A stretch of DNA of 63,997 nucleotides, filler included, from Choristocarpus tenellus KU-1152 (GCA_964200185.2; 10 parts of 10 records of this genome joined end to end with filler, not necessarily neighbours in it), one strand, 5' to 3'. Shown: positions 10,116 to 23,342, counted from the whole stretch's first letter. Notes: generated by a model from the letters alone, not told the origin. Program-made: numbers and translations.

Positions 10116-13100
10116 ATGGCGTCATTCTTGCTGGTCTTCGGGCCCAGCTTGTCCTTGCTCGGGATATTGCTGATTGTCTTCTTCGCTGCCAACCCTGAGA
10201 GGTGTGAAGGTTTGAAGGGACTGCACCCCTGCAACCTACCCCGGATGAGAGTGATTCATCATTCCAATAATAAAATGTACTTCTTATTTTTAGTATCCTG
10301 CAGTACACCCTATTTCCATGCTCTCTAAAGCATACACTTCGGATGCTTTGAATTTGCAATTTGTCATCTCATCGAGTTATTGCACGTACCTACCTATTCT
10401 CCTATCTTTTGCTGTAGTTGGTAGCTACCTACTCCGTTTCCTATCCTCAGTGAGCATAGTCCATATCCCGATCCTCTCATGGCGCCCTTTTGAATGTCCT
10501 GACTCGTTCGATGATGCAGCGATGGAATTGATGGGCGTCTCCACCGTACTATATTCCAAGCCACTCCTCGCATGCTGCTCAGTGCATTCCGTTACGTTGT
10601 GGGGGAGAGGATAGCTGGAAAGGTGGAAGAAGAACTGGACTGGGCATTGAACAAGCGCAATCCTCTGATGCAGATCTTGTACATGCTCATTGTCAATGGT
10701 TCCTTCATTTCCTTTTTGATCGAGGTGTGACACTCCCATCCATGGAATTGATCTACCCTTCAGGTTGTCAAGGAAAACTTTCGGTTCACCAGGAACATAA
10801 GCACCTCGCCTACATGACCCAATGCTAATCCTTGTCGTCTGTTTTCCATGTCGGTTATGGCACACTTATTAGCACTCTGAACCCCCAATCGAGTCGCCGC
10901 TGGACTATGGTACCATTGCTTAATGCTAATGACAGTACCAGTTAGCTACAGTATTTGTATAACTCTGATGCTCTAACAAGACCATAAATCTATCCAGGGC
11001 TATCCCCGAATTCCCAACGAGGTTCACACTGGTTGGTTCCACAAGCCCCTTGGATATGTTGTGATGGCAGCCTGTGTGGGGTCCTTCCTTGCTGCTTGCA
11101 CCAAATCCCCTGGAGTCGTGCGTGGGAAAAAGGACTTGAAGCGGCATGGGGAGTGCTATCCACATGATGGTGTTATATTTGTGAAGAGCCAGTGCCCGAC
11201 ATGCGAGATTCCCAAGTGAGTACTGTCTTACGTCATAATGATCTATACCCTTGTTCTGTCTACGAAATGATTCAATAGCCTTGAAGTGGTCACGATGTAC
11301 CACTGCTTTTGTTGTTTTGTCATGAATCTGCATTCTGAATGCTTGACATGAGCAGAGCGGGAACTGATTCCCTTGCGAGTCACCGTATAGCTCTCCAGAA
11401 ACATAGTCTGACCTTCGGCATGATTAAATGTGTTAACTCTATTTCTTAAGGACACTCAGGTAAGTGATGCTTCTAAAGTATTTTTATGTTCCTCCAGGAT
11501 ATTGCCGTGACCATATGCACCTGGAGAGTTTGTGTTGTCCTACAAATAGTTGAGGGACAACACAAGGGCTCCAGGTGCAGGTAGTATTAGGTTTTTGCTT
11601 AATCAAGTTTTTGCTTTGGCATGTTAGTTGGTGGAAGTTTCCTAACATGTATGCTCTTGCATCATTTGTGTGTGTGCCTCGTAGAGGATAAATTGGCGGG
11701 TCTCAATTTTGCTGGCAAAACAAAGCGTTCTTAGGACAAGAAACTACCCTGATATTTTTTCCATTAAACCTTAGGGGGGTGAATGATTGGGGGCTGGGAA
11801 AAAAGCCCCCTCATGATGTCTATTTATCAGTGCCCCATATGACTTCCTCTAAGTAACTGACGAAGACCCCGTCAACACCTTTTCTGCGAAGGGGACTATG
11901 TGTGCTATGACTGATCGAGTCATGAAAAAGGGTTGATGGAATCTCTGTATTCAGTTGGCAGGGTGGCATTCTTGGGGTGAAAGAGGAGGGTAGTCACTTT
12001 AAGAGCCAATGAGCGAATTCCCTGTTCGTGGTATGATGGGCTCAAGGAGTAGCTACTAGAGTACTTAGCTCAATCATGTGTGTGTGTGTGTGTGTCACTT
12101 TATGTGTGTTAGTGGAAATCCTGCAACCCCTTGATACTTCCTATCCTATCTGTCTGGTGCTCCACTTTTTGGCAAGAGGATGAGACTGTGAAAGTCAAGA
12201 GTGATTCCTGTGGCATGACATCTTTGACGGACTGACCTGTGTGGAGAGCGGACCCGATAAAAGCACATCTTGAGGGTTTACGCGCAGATATCCATGTTGG
12301 AAATGCTTCCATTTCATGTGGTGTAAAAATGTGGTATGCCTGAGTACATGCACTGCTTAACTGCGGAGGTTACATCCCAAGTATATTTTTATTCTTTTTC
12401 CCTCTGTACCTCGCTCCACCCATTTCTACCTGCTTCAACCTTTACAATGTGCCAAAACACTGGTGTGTTAGTGTTGTCAGATACTGAGCACCACCTCTTT
12501 GGGTATTTATGAATAGCCTTTTAGTGAGTGCAGTGAAGAGATCGCGATTATAACCTTTTCCCATCTCTCCCATCTCTCCCCTCTTTGTACTTCAGGCTTG
12601 CAAGGTCCAAACATTGCCGTATATGCAATATGTGTGTGCCAAGGTTTGATCACCACTGTGCATGGCTCAACCAGTGCGTGGGGGAGGACAACTACCGCTA
12701 CTTTCTAGCCTTTCTTCTGGTGAGTTGGATTGATATCCACACTTTCATTTTTTGGAGTGAGGGGTTGAAGAAGTTGACATCTGGCTTCACCATACATCGT
12801 TCTCATCTCTAGGTATTGTGAGTTGAAGTCAAACAGGGCTTCCATTGCAGGTGCCTTGCTTACCCCTTTTTTTTTTCTTTGTCAAAAACTTCCGTATTGC
12901 TCTCTGTTTTTCATACAATGATGACCTTCCCATCACAATCTATTGAATCTATATTAGGTATCTGTATCAATAATTTCTCTGTGGGTATGTATGTACCCAT
13001 GGAGTAGGACCTTTCCATCGCAAGGGCAAACCTTGAATAGAGGAGGGCTGTCAAGTGCGTTGACTCCTCCTGAAACCACTGAGCAATTCAGTTGATATCC

Positions 13101-15955
13101 CTTTTTGTTGGGCATGTGCTAGGCATGGTGCTGTCTTTGAATGAACCCTTTCCACTCTGAATCCTTCCTTCTCTCCTGATTGTGCTACCCATGATTAATT
13201 TCTTACTGATTTCCAGATCCATTGTGTGATGCTGTGGTATGGGACAGCAGTTATCACAGGCATCCTCGTCTCTGTTGTGAGGGAGCGAGGTCTTATGCAA
13301 GCCCGCTTCTATAACCACCGAAGACAGGTCTACATCCAAGGAAGCTGGCAGGTTATAGTTCAGGTGCGCTATAATAAGTAGGGACTGAGGATTTAAGGAG
13401 TGTGAGTGAGTGTTAAGAAGGGATCTGGGAGGGTCTAGAAGTGTGTGTGACCTGCACTGCTCACCAAGATCACCCACCACACTTCATTGAAGGATAAGAA
13501 AAGTTTACTACATCAACACAGCTGCAGTGGTATGCTCGATAGCTTCTTGATCATCTGAACTGTTTCCCTTATTTTGCTGCAGTTTCTCTCTCCCCCCCCC
13601 CGCCCACACACAGAAGTACTTTTTAATTTTAATTCCTTTTTGCATCCTGTATGTTTTCCCGCTGAATGTGTAATGCATGTCAGTATATGATGTACCACTT
13701 TGGCAAGCTGTGTGGGCTGCTGTTGCTTGCTAGTGTGATGGGGACCGTTCTAACAGGCTTTTTTTTGTATCACTTATGGCTTCTGTGCAAAGGGGTCACT
13801 ACAAATGAGAGCTCTAAGTGGAAAGAGGTGAGAGTTGACTTGTTCAAGGGGATCAGTTGAATGGGGGGGAGGGGCAAAGGATTTAGTTGAGGGCTCAGCG
13901 GACCTAGAGCAGCATATTTTTGTTGTGTGTGACTGGGATGCTGTTGCTCTCTGGGCGGGGTAGGTGGAGTTGATAGTGAGACATAAAGACATGCTTAGAT
14001 TATAGTTGGCATACTCTACAGTACCACCAAAAAAGATCATACAGTATCTGCACCACAGTGTTGTCATTCCCTCCGGCAGTGGTCATTCTCTGAAGCAGTT
14101 TTATTGGTTTGCCTAGCATGCTTCATTCTGCAAGGGGTCAGTTACATTATTATTATTTTCAGAGGGCTCACAATACAAACGAAATGTTAGCTTCTGCTTT
14201 TTATGTGGAGACCTAACATGCACATCTCGAGATGATTTCACCCGACTGGTTTAATATTTTCAAGAAAAGACATGTTCATCATACCCAGGGGGAAGGGGAT
14301 ATTGGTTGTACAATAATAATCATAGGTAGCATGCACCGATGGTATGACTCAAGCTCTGCATTGAGTCTACAGTACGCGATTGCTGTGGAACAGTCCAAAA
14401 CCACCTCAAATACTAGCATCACCCAAACTTGTCAGGAAGCACTGTTACTGCCCCATCCTCTCAAATCCTATCGGGACCTGCCCTGCACTTGAAAATTTGA
14501 TAAACCTGGATGTGGGTTTTCCACAGGTACAGCGTTTCCACAAACGCCTGATGAAGGCATATAACTCAGGGTATCTTACTGACCCTAAGGCACATTCTTC
14601 CCAGAGCTCCAAGAACTGTGAGGATGAAACGTTGGGGAGTGAGGGTGAGCTGTTGGAGGGTGAGGGGGCAGGTGCAGGAGGAGCAAAGACAGAATGTCCA
14701 AGGGAGACAACTGTCAAACAAGAAGTAGAGAAGGTGGAAGTGGGGATGGAGGGGGAGGGGACCAATAATGGACCAAGGAGGAGAAAAAAGGCTGCCGGAG
14801 ATGGGGGGAAAGGGTTAGCGGATGAAAATGGGGCCAATAGTTGTGGGAGTGTAGAGGGAAGTGGACATAGTGATCGGGCTCCTCCTCCTCATCCGGGGAA
14901 AGCGCCCATGAATATTTATGATGGAGGCGTTTGGCAGGTGAATAATGTTGAAGCTTTTGGTTGTTGGAACAAGGTGGATTAATTTGTGTGAGATATGATT
15001 GTTCAGCACTAGATCGTTAGTATGAAATGTGGCAAATTGGTTGCACCCTTGAAATGCATGTCACTCACTGTCTTGAGAAATGTTCTATCTTTTACTGCAC
15101 AAAATATTTTGTGTTTTTTTTTTGTAGTATCTCTCAAGACTGCAAAACTTGTGTAATGAGGTGTGTGCTGAGCTTCGATGTGTCCAGTATATTTTATATT
15201 ACCAACTATAGATAATAGTTACTTATGCCCATTTCGTTGCTGTGATGTTGGGTTTTTAGATGCCAATTGTTGGTGTTTGGGGATTGTGTCAATCGATTCG
15301 ACTGCGTGGTATTCAGGTCACACACTATCAAACTGTTGGTGGAAGTATGCCAGACCCAATGAACCCCTGAGTGGTGTTCTGTTAGCTAGGTTGTGCTGTT
15401 TTGGTTGTGAGAGGAGACGCAAACAAACCTCAGCAACATGTTTCTAGCAGTGGTGTGGCAAGTTTCTGCCTTATTTTTCCGTCATTTCCAACCAAACTTT
15501 GGTGGTGTGTCACTGAGTAGTAGTATCATGGATATCGACAACTATTTTGGTGTCAAATACTCACAATATTTGAATGTAATACACTTTCCCAGCTCAACTT
15601 TGACAAGAGGTACGAGAAAAGCTCTGCCCACATAGTGGTGCTCCCTACCCTAACCTTGCTCATATCCTTACATCATCACCACCCCACAGCATCTGGGCCT
15701 GTCCTCTCTTTAAATATCCAAGTATTGACTGCTACTTCTATTTCAGTTGTTTTCTTACCATCCATGATTGCCGAGAATCTGAACCCCAACTTGTTTCCCC
15801 GCTTGTGCTGATTTTGTTTCTGTTTGGTGTGATGAGTGTAGAATGTTTGTGAGGTTTTGTTCCCACGATGCAATAGACCTGCAGGGCAAGGGCGCTCCCT
15901 TCCATTCCGTGACCCGTATGAGAAGAGCTATGCACCCTACTGGAAGGAAGAGTGA
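10116..15955 (+). CDS. DHHC-type protein S-acyltransferase (palmitoyltransferase), Swf1/ZDHHC4-like; 8 exons: 10116-10201, 10520-10724, 10998-11215, 12596-12719, 13217-13363, 13684-13827, 14527-14937, 15842-15955 (~482 aa)
   Basis: All introns GT-AG and in phase; [44 protein letters not shown] (DHHC-CRD), [30 protein letters not shown] (PaCCT-like), hydrophobic TM segments, TGA stop. Confidence 0.93.
11516..11579. other. Intronic inverted repeat / stem-loop
   Basis: TGCACCTGGAG..TTGTGTTGTCC pairs with GGACAACACAA..CTCCAGGTGCA. Confidence 0.85.
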
Positions 15956-16142
15956 ACTTTGACGGGGGCTTTGAAAGGGGGGGGGGGGGGCGGGGGGGGA
16001 AGAAGGGGTCGGGTTTTGCCAGGAGTGTCTTTCTCGTTGGGANNNNNNNNNNNNNNNNNNNNNNNNNNNNNNNNNNNNNNNNNNNNTTAATTAATTAANN
16101 NNNNNNNNNNNNNNNNNNNNNNNNNNNNNNNNNNNNNNNNNN

Positions 16143-16217
16143 ATAACCCAAAAAGCGCGACATGAAAAAATTGACCCCAAATGGACAGCCGCCACCCCCT
16201 CCCAGATAATTTGATCC
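16143..16217 (+). mobile_element. Poly-G-TIR MITE-like element, partial copy at contig start
   Basis: gcgcgacatgaaaaaattgaccccaaatggacagccgccacccc...cagataatttgatcc. Confidence 0.85.
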
Positions 16218-16469
16218 CTTACCGTGTCTCGTGCTGCCTACTGTCACTTCCTTACATCTGTTGAATGCATGCTTTCTTACCCTAAGTAGTCTGCGTATAT
16301 TGCTCTCTTGATGAAAAACTCCATTTTTCACAGAGATCTGAGTGGTCCACATCTCATACCAATTCCAAGCCCAGACTTACCTTGCTAACGTAGTCACATC
16401 ATCACATGACATCGCATGATATCATAGACAACAGGAAAACATAATTCGTGATGTAACGTCTCATTTCAG

Positions 16470-17618
16470 GTGCGAATTTGGGATGCAGTGACCCGCTCCC
16501 TCCTTCGTATGACTCGCCTCGACTCCCCGGCACGATGCCTTGACTATTCACCTGATGCAGACTATATGGTTGTAGGGCTTGGCGGTGGTGACAAGGAGAA
16601 GCACCCCCAGAGTTCAGAAGACCTGAGTAGGTCCAAAGATGTCTTTGGCAGGGGTGAAGGGGGTTATGATGAGGACAGTAGTGGCAGCAAGAGTGTTGGA
16701 ACAATGCGTTCAGGGGCAAAGGAAGGAGGATTCGTGGTGATGAATGTGACGGATTTCGTAACTGCATTTGAGGCTAAGGACTCCAAGAAGGTGTGGGTGG
16801 CTGTATTGGCTGTTTCCTGAATTAGATTTGGAGTTAAGGAACAACAGTGCAACGGGAAAGAGTCTTGGGAAGGGCTCAGAGGATACTCCATGCTTTGCTT
16901 TTGTGTGGAGGTGTATGTAGAAGCTTAAATATTGGAACTGAAGCTACATGAACTGAGCACTCTCATTACTCTAAAACTAGTGCCATTTTGTACACACCCC
17001 ATTCTCCACTGGTGCCAATTGCATTTCTTTCGTGGGGGTGTCTTATAATAGTTCCGTTCACCCTAATTCCTTACAAGGACAAAGTTTCTCCTTTCTGTGT
17101 GACAGGCAATAGTGGAGGCTCGGTGGTCCCCTGACCACGATACCATAGTGCTAGGGAGTGAGGACAACAACGTGTACATGTATGCTACGGGAGACAGCTT
17201 TGAATCTATTGGCACTGGGAAAAAACACCAAAATCCAGTGAGAATCTTTTGGAGTAGGGGTGTAGAGTATGGTGAAGGCGGGTAGGGCTGACCGAGCCTG
17301 TTAGAGTCCAAGTACCAGGGCCATAATTCTCGTTGACGGATAAGGTAGCTGGCAGGGTCAAGGCCAGAGTTTCAATAGCATGTGGAATAGGGATCAGGGA
17401 TTCAAGTATGCCGTAGGTTGTGATGGGGAGGGGCCAACACAAGGAATAAGTGACTGTGTAGATTAATTATTCGTGAAAGGAGGGTGCACAGGACATTTAC
17501 AAGGACAACTGATGTATGCTGACAATATAGAATGCACCAAAACGGCACAAAAACAGTTGATTCGCCTCAAGCATACTCGATGTTTGAGAAACACTGCAAA
17601 CCGTAGTCTGTATCCCTT

Positions 17619-17659
<41 letters not shown>

Positions 17660-18729
17660 AAAAATCATTTTTTTTTTTATTTTAAGTTTTTACATACTTT
17701 TTTTTTTCTCCCTTATNNNNNNNNNNATTTTGACAAAAAAACGCAAACCAGTCTTCTTTTCCCCCCCCCCCCCCCCCCCCCCCCCATCTCCTCGACATCG
17801 TTAGAATAATCAATTTTCCGATTTTGAACATGTAGTCTCACAATGTTTTCACTCTTCAAGCAATTTTTTTCCTTCATGCACACCACAAAGAGTGAAAGTA
17901 TCTCGGAGGGTATGAGTTTTGCCCTGTTTGTCCATTTGGGGCTTGGCTTCCTGTGTTTTTTTTAAGTACAGTTTCCTTCTCCAAAATATTCCGGAGTAGG
18001 TTAAATTTATATGTTATGAAAAGGTGTGTCCGGAATACGGATATTGGCACTTTTCAATTGATATAATAACCAAAATTACATCAAAATCGAAACATTGGAG
18101 TTTGGCCCCCAAATGGACACGGCTCTACCCTCTAAGATACTTTGACTCAAATATTGGTATCTCCATGGGTGCTATTGCCCTTCACAGCACTTTCAACATA
18201 CCCACCAAACCAGGTGACCGCTGTGGACTTCAGTAGTGATGGGAACTGGGTACGCACAAATGATGATGGGGGACGATTGCATTTCTGGGATTCCAACAAG
18301 GCAAAGCACCAGGTGGGATTGACTGGTTATAGAGTTGGTGACAGAAGTGAGAGGATATGTTTGTGCGACATTCCTTGAGTGGTGGAATAAAAAAATAGTA
18401 GCAGCAGCTCTCGCATGTGGTTGATAGAAAGGTGTGTTGTTCCAATAAATGACTGTAACTCCCCACTATTCTTGCAAAGGCTGGGCAGGAGTGTAGGCAA
18501 GCATTCTGGTGAATTTTTTGTGCGAAAAGCATCCATCAAGTTCTGTTGCAGCCCCTATGAACTCCTTCATGCTCTATTTATTCCAGGTACTGAGTACTTG
18601 GACCCCTAACCCCACCCCACCCTTGGCCGTTTCCCTTTCTTCCCACCTGTTCCTCTTCAGAGCAATGTAACAAAGTACAAAGATCTAGAATGGAGCACAG
18701 AGACGTGCAGGTACTCATGGCCTACAGCG
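16470..18729 (+). CDS. EML (echinoderm microtubule-associated protein-like, EML5/6-type) WD40 protein, internal fragment; exons 16470-16790, 17106-17237, 18214-18312, 18661-18729
   Basis: In-phase GT-AG exons: VRIWDA...ARCLDYSPD; RWSPDHDTIVLGSEDNNVYMY; VTAVDFSSDGNWVRTND...LHFWD; KDLEWSTETCRYSWP (EML-type DxxWxxxTC motif). Confidence 0.82.
17999..18148 (+). mobile_element. Old, degenerate copy of the poly-G-TIR MITE-like element (in EML intron)
   Basis: ttggcccccaaatggacacggctctaccctctaagatactttgactc matches the family terminus; left boundary approximate. Confidence 0.6.
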
Positions 18730-18885
18730 GTAAGTCTTGAACAACATACAGTTTTCCAAGGCGCTCTATCCTCTTGTGCCACCACCGAACCCTCGAGAAA
18801 TTTCCCCTTAGAAGACAGTGGCTCATCTCTTCTCTTCAATACTTGCTTTGTCCTCTGAACAACCCCTTTCGCACTTCCATCTCCT

Positions 18886-18914
18886 GACCCAAAGTATCTG
18901 GGAGGGGAGGGGGG
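18886..18914. mobile_element. Poly-G-TIR MITE-like element terminus at contig end
   Basis: gacccaaagtatctgggaggggagggggg then gap. Confidence 0.75.
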
Positions 18915-19537
18915 NNNNNNNNNNNNNNNNNNNNNNNNNNNNNNNNNNNNNNNNNNNNTTAATTAATTAANNNNNNNNNNNNNNNNNNNNNNNNNNNNNN
19001 NNNNNNNNNNNNNNGGGGAAAGGGAGAAAGAGCGGGGGGGAGGGGGGGCAAAACCCAAAACAAGGAGGGGGGGGAAGGGGGGGGGGGGGGGGGGGGGGCG
19101 TGGAGAGGTTCAAAGGAGAGTGCCTGGGGCCTTCATGATGAGGCATGGGGAGGTCAGTGATGGAGTTGGTGGGAGGCTAGTGATAACAGATAAATTTCTT
19201 TCTCTTAATATATCTGAAGGGTACACCTTCCAGGCTTTACAAATCCAGGTATTACAAATCGCAGCAAACAATCGCTATTGATCATCAATTGAAATGTGAC
19301 TCAATTGCTCTAGTCAGTGTTTCCTTGCCACCACCACTCCGTCAGTCCAATGCCGCCATGTCTCAATATTGTCATCTTGTCATGGCTGTGACTGTAGAGA
19401 GAGGGTCCCTCTCCATCAAACAGGCAGGGCCCTTCATGGTGGCATTTCGGGGCTAAGACTTATGTGGGATAAGGTCACGATGATGTTGCACATGCTGTGA
19501 TGGAGTATACTGTTACATGCAAATGCTATGAAGGAGA

Positions 19538-19711
19538 GATTAAAAGTATCTGGGGGGGAGTCTACACCAGAGTGTCCATTTGGACAAAACCAGGAAAAGT
19601 GCACCTTCATTATCCATCCAATGTATGGAACCAAATCACACAAATATCACAACATGAAAAAATTGGCCCCAAATAGACAGCCACCACCCCCCCCCCCAGA
19701 TAATTTGACCC
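19538..19711 (+). mobile_element. Poly-G-TIR MITE-like element, full-length copy
   Basis: gattaaaagtatctggggggg...cccccccagataatttgaccc; flanked by GA/GA. Confidence 0.88.
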
Positions 19712-20272
19712 GAGACTTGACAGTAGCTGCTATTGAACCTGACATTTTGGCATAGACTAGGGTCTAACTGTCTTCAACCAGTGCAAACCAGTGCAAAGGA
19801 GTGCTCTCGTGTAAAAATTGAAAAAAAAAAAATGGTGAAAGCATTCTACCTAGATATCCACCAGTATGTGAAAACTTGTAACTTTGCCCACACAACATAA
19901 ACAGTGACAACCCACCACACAACTTTCTCCCCCAGTGGAACAACAATAGTGACAATTCAATATTTCACAAGTATGTATTGCACCACACACACAACACCTC
20001 GAAACCAAGGACCTATAGCGAAGAGGGTGTCTCGTTTTGCATATTGACCAACTGAGGAAAGCCAATCAAGGTCATTGAGATCCTTACACCATTCTCAGAG
20101 TACATGCGACCTCATGCGCACTCAGTGGCTAGGTTACATGCCACAGATTTCAGACCAACAACACACTGCCAAGACAAGAGTTGACGTCGACAGTGTGTAC
20201 TGCTCTTCAAGTCTTCGCAATGCGGAAAAAATAAGATCACTGAGCAAAGCCTCCACAAACAATTTGTACTTG

Positions 20273-20275
<3 letters not shown>

Positions 20276-20317
<42 letters not shown>
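20276..20317. repeat. (TG)n microsatellite
   Basis: Perfect TG run. Confidence 0.95.
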
Positions 20318-20318
<1 letters not shown>

Positions 20319-20841
20319 GTGGTAAGCGAGACCCGGCACATCTTTGTGTGAAGCATACCCTGCATCATCTATCTCTTCGCACAGTAAAATCTGGTTTGAT
20401 AGTCAATATACATACACCACTGCCTGAGCAGGAAAGGGTTGCTTTAACGCCTCCAGCTAGTCCAGAGAAAGAAAGAAAAAGCCAAATCTCCGACATGAGC
20501 AGGCACGCAGGGACTTCAATGTGGGAGGGGAAAGAGTGGGGTGTGGGGTGTATGGGGTGTGGGCAAACATCGCGATTGATGCGTGAAGATCCCAAAATAG
20601 TATCTTTGTATCAAAGTCAAAACACTCACGAAAGCTAAATTCTGATTGGATGGACTGCATAAAATACACCACGTACAGTGAATATTGAAAACATATGGCA
20701 GGATAGCGTAAACATTACACACCCTTGTTAGACCAAACCTTGTCCTGTGTCCAATGCAAGGAATACCTAGGACCTTGCACACAACGATCAAATAATTGTG
20801 CGGATGCTATCTGTGAATTGTGAAGTACTCTTGGGACTCAC

Positions 20842-22999
20842 CCCAGCTTCCTCAAGAAGATCTTGGGCATGAAGTCATGCCGAGTTCCCAGGAACTGGCC
20901 AGTCTTTAGGTAAAATCCCCTCAAGTCCAGACATAGTCTCAGCATACGATCACTGACATGCACCCCCAAACGTTGTATTGTCAGGTTGAAGATGTGACTT
21001 AACATTTTCCAGTGCAAATATGTTCAGAGCAAGCTTGTAGATAAAGCAACGTTCTCGGATCAGTCAAGTGTGCACAACTGGCGATACTTCAGAAAAGAGA
21101 CAAGGACGACTTGCTGAAACAAACGAACACTACACAGCATAAAATATAGGCTATCAAAAACATGCATATGCACAATTTAAGGGGCGATGAGACAAGCAGT
21201 GCCAACAGGGCAAAGGGTCTAGCCATGGAAAAAACACACCACAACACCATCAATTGTGCTTCTTTCTACTAGAATTTCCTACACATTTACAAAGCACTAC
21301 TGCTTGAATACTGGAATCTCATATGTGCTAGTACTACTTATTTCAGGTCCCAGCACCTGTTAAGGTCGTGTATGCCTCTCCACCGTATCTTTCGCTGTTC
21401 TTCCCGTTCTTTACTGTCTTTTATCCTGGGAAGCTCCATAGCACACCTTCACTCACAAATATCAAATGTGCAAATCAAAAGGTGCGCGTAGGCACATCCA
21501 TCGGTTGTCATGCAGTTAGGGGATTTTCAGGTTGGAGAACTTGATACTGCCAAGCATAGCCATGAGCGGACCAAATTTGGGTTGTAGCCATACTTTCAGG
21601 AGGATCGTATGGCATGCTTTTGTCACCATCTTCAATTTAGAGCACTAAGGGGCAAACTATTTGGACGGGTAAATAAATATGTTGCAGTCATCCCTTTCTC
21701 GCAATCCACGCCTCTTCCAGACGTAGGAAGCATTTTAGTCATGCATTGCGCTATTATTGGAACTTAATTTTTGCATCACAAGAATAAATGATTTGTTGCC
21801 CAAGGTATTGATACCATACACAAATCAACTTTCACAGGAACAACACCAATAGTTTCCATTGTCAACTTCCACAGCCGATCAATCTCATGAGCAGAACAAG
21901 GCTGGTTTAGTTGTCACAGCCAAGCAGGAAGCGTACATCGCACTTGGCGACAAAGAACCAATTTGTATCCGATCCCCCTAGTCGATGGATGATAGATTGG
22001 GCACTTTATTGGTGCAAGATAGCACAGGATCGCAGGTTAAGTTGAGCCCATCCCTCCCCTAACAGCACCAGGTACCTGGCTTGCATTTTTTTATAGCTCA
22101 TGTATATTATCGCCGATCTTCCCCAGAACTGCAAATCTCTCAATACCCCTGCTCCCTCGGCCCTCTCAGTCACCTCTTGCCCTTCCCCCTTCCCGGTTTC
22201 AGCCACAGCGGATCCAATCAGCTGTGCGCGCGGATAAGTAAATGCAAATGTTAGTTTAGATGGCTAACGTGATTGGGGAAACATGGCGAAACAGGACTTG
22301 AATGGTGTCGATAGATAAAGACCAAGGTGGAAGACAGAGCACCAAGGGCAGCACTATGTTGTATTCATTGATACGACTTCTTACTTGATGCTGAATATTT
22401 TTGTGTCTAACCTTGCCCCGAGCGCGGAGAGCCTTCCACGACGGTCCAGATGCCAGCGGAAACTTGGGCATCTTGAGTAACCTACTTCGCATCTTTCCCC
22501 TGTGTCTTTTTCTGGAGACCCAGGACGGATCAGGGTGCTCTGGATTATCCACCGTTGGCAGAGTTGGCACATTGGCTCCTTTCCCCTTACCACTAGTAGC
22601 GGCACTTAGAGTTGCCAGGCACGCAGCTAAGATAGCAAGCACGAAAATCCTACATCGCCGACCAAAGCCCAGTCCCCGAGTTACACGCCCAATTTTAGAC
22701 AATCCTCCGGTACCAGATCTAACCATACCGTTGCCTCCCTTCAAACCCAGAGCAACGCCCAGTAGTGATCTACGCCCACCTGCCATGCTAGTAGTGAGTC
22801 GGAGGACGGTGGCTAATGTTCTGCTTTGGGGTTTCGAGGACTCGATTGAGTAGACACTGCTGTGCACCTGGCTGCCCAGGCAGCGGGCAGAAGCCTCTTC
22901 TGCCCAAGCCACGGCAGTAGTCGAGCCAGGAGAAAGGTTAGTAAGTGTCAGTACAGTCAAAAGCAAGGCCGTTGGGCACTTGAGGGTGTGACGTCTCAT
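20842..22999 (-). CDS. ABC1/AarF (UbiB/ADCK) atypical kinase, 5' part; exons 22999-22385, 22221-22076, 21446-21357, 20952-20842
   Basis: In-phase GT-AG exons; LQFWGRSAIIYMSYKKMQ and MLRLCLDLRGFYLKTGQFLGTRHDFMP (KxGQ motif of the UbiB family); N-terminal hydrophobic leader; 3' exons not found in this contig. Confidence 0.85.
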
Positions 23000-23342
23000 T
23001 TTCAGGTGGTTTTCATCAGGACATAAAAATCGATATGTATGCAGTACTACACACTACCTGTTCTACACCAAGTAAAAAGTCAGGCGTGACAAAGTCAAAA
23101 TTTACGCGCAGCAATATTGTCATATCTATTCCATTTTGTGGTGGTTTGTGGTTTGTATTATACATGTTCAAAATCTTAGTAATTCGACCTGTACTAAGAA
23201 GGAGCGTCGTCCCTGCCTCCACGAATTTTCCGCGTTCTAAGCCCCGTCAACGTTTGATTTCTTACTACAAAGTTACGAAAGGAGACACCACCCAAGCGTG
23301 TAGTTACTCTGAACACATGAGTGAGAAGAACTGCCCATGACA

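Noticed and set aside
17619-17790. Long poly-C/poly-G runs near gaps (also 15977-16000, 19015-19100) and their poly-Pro/Gly ORFs
   Set aside because: Low-complexity, probably low-quality contig-end sequence rather than coding DNA.
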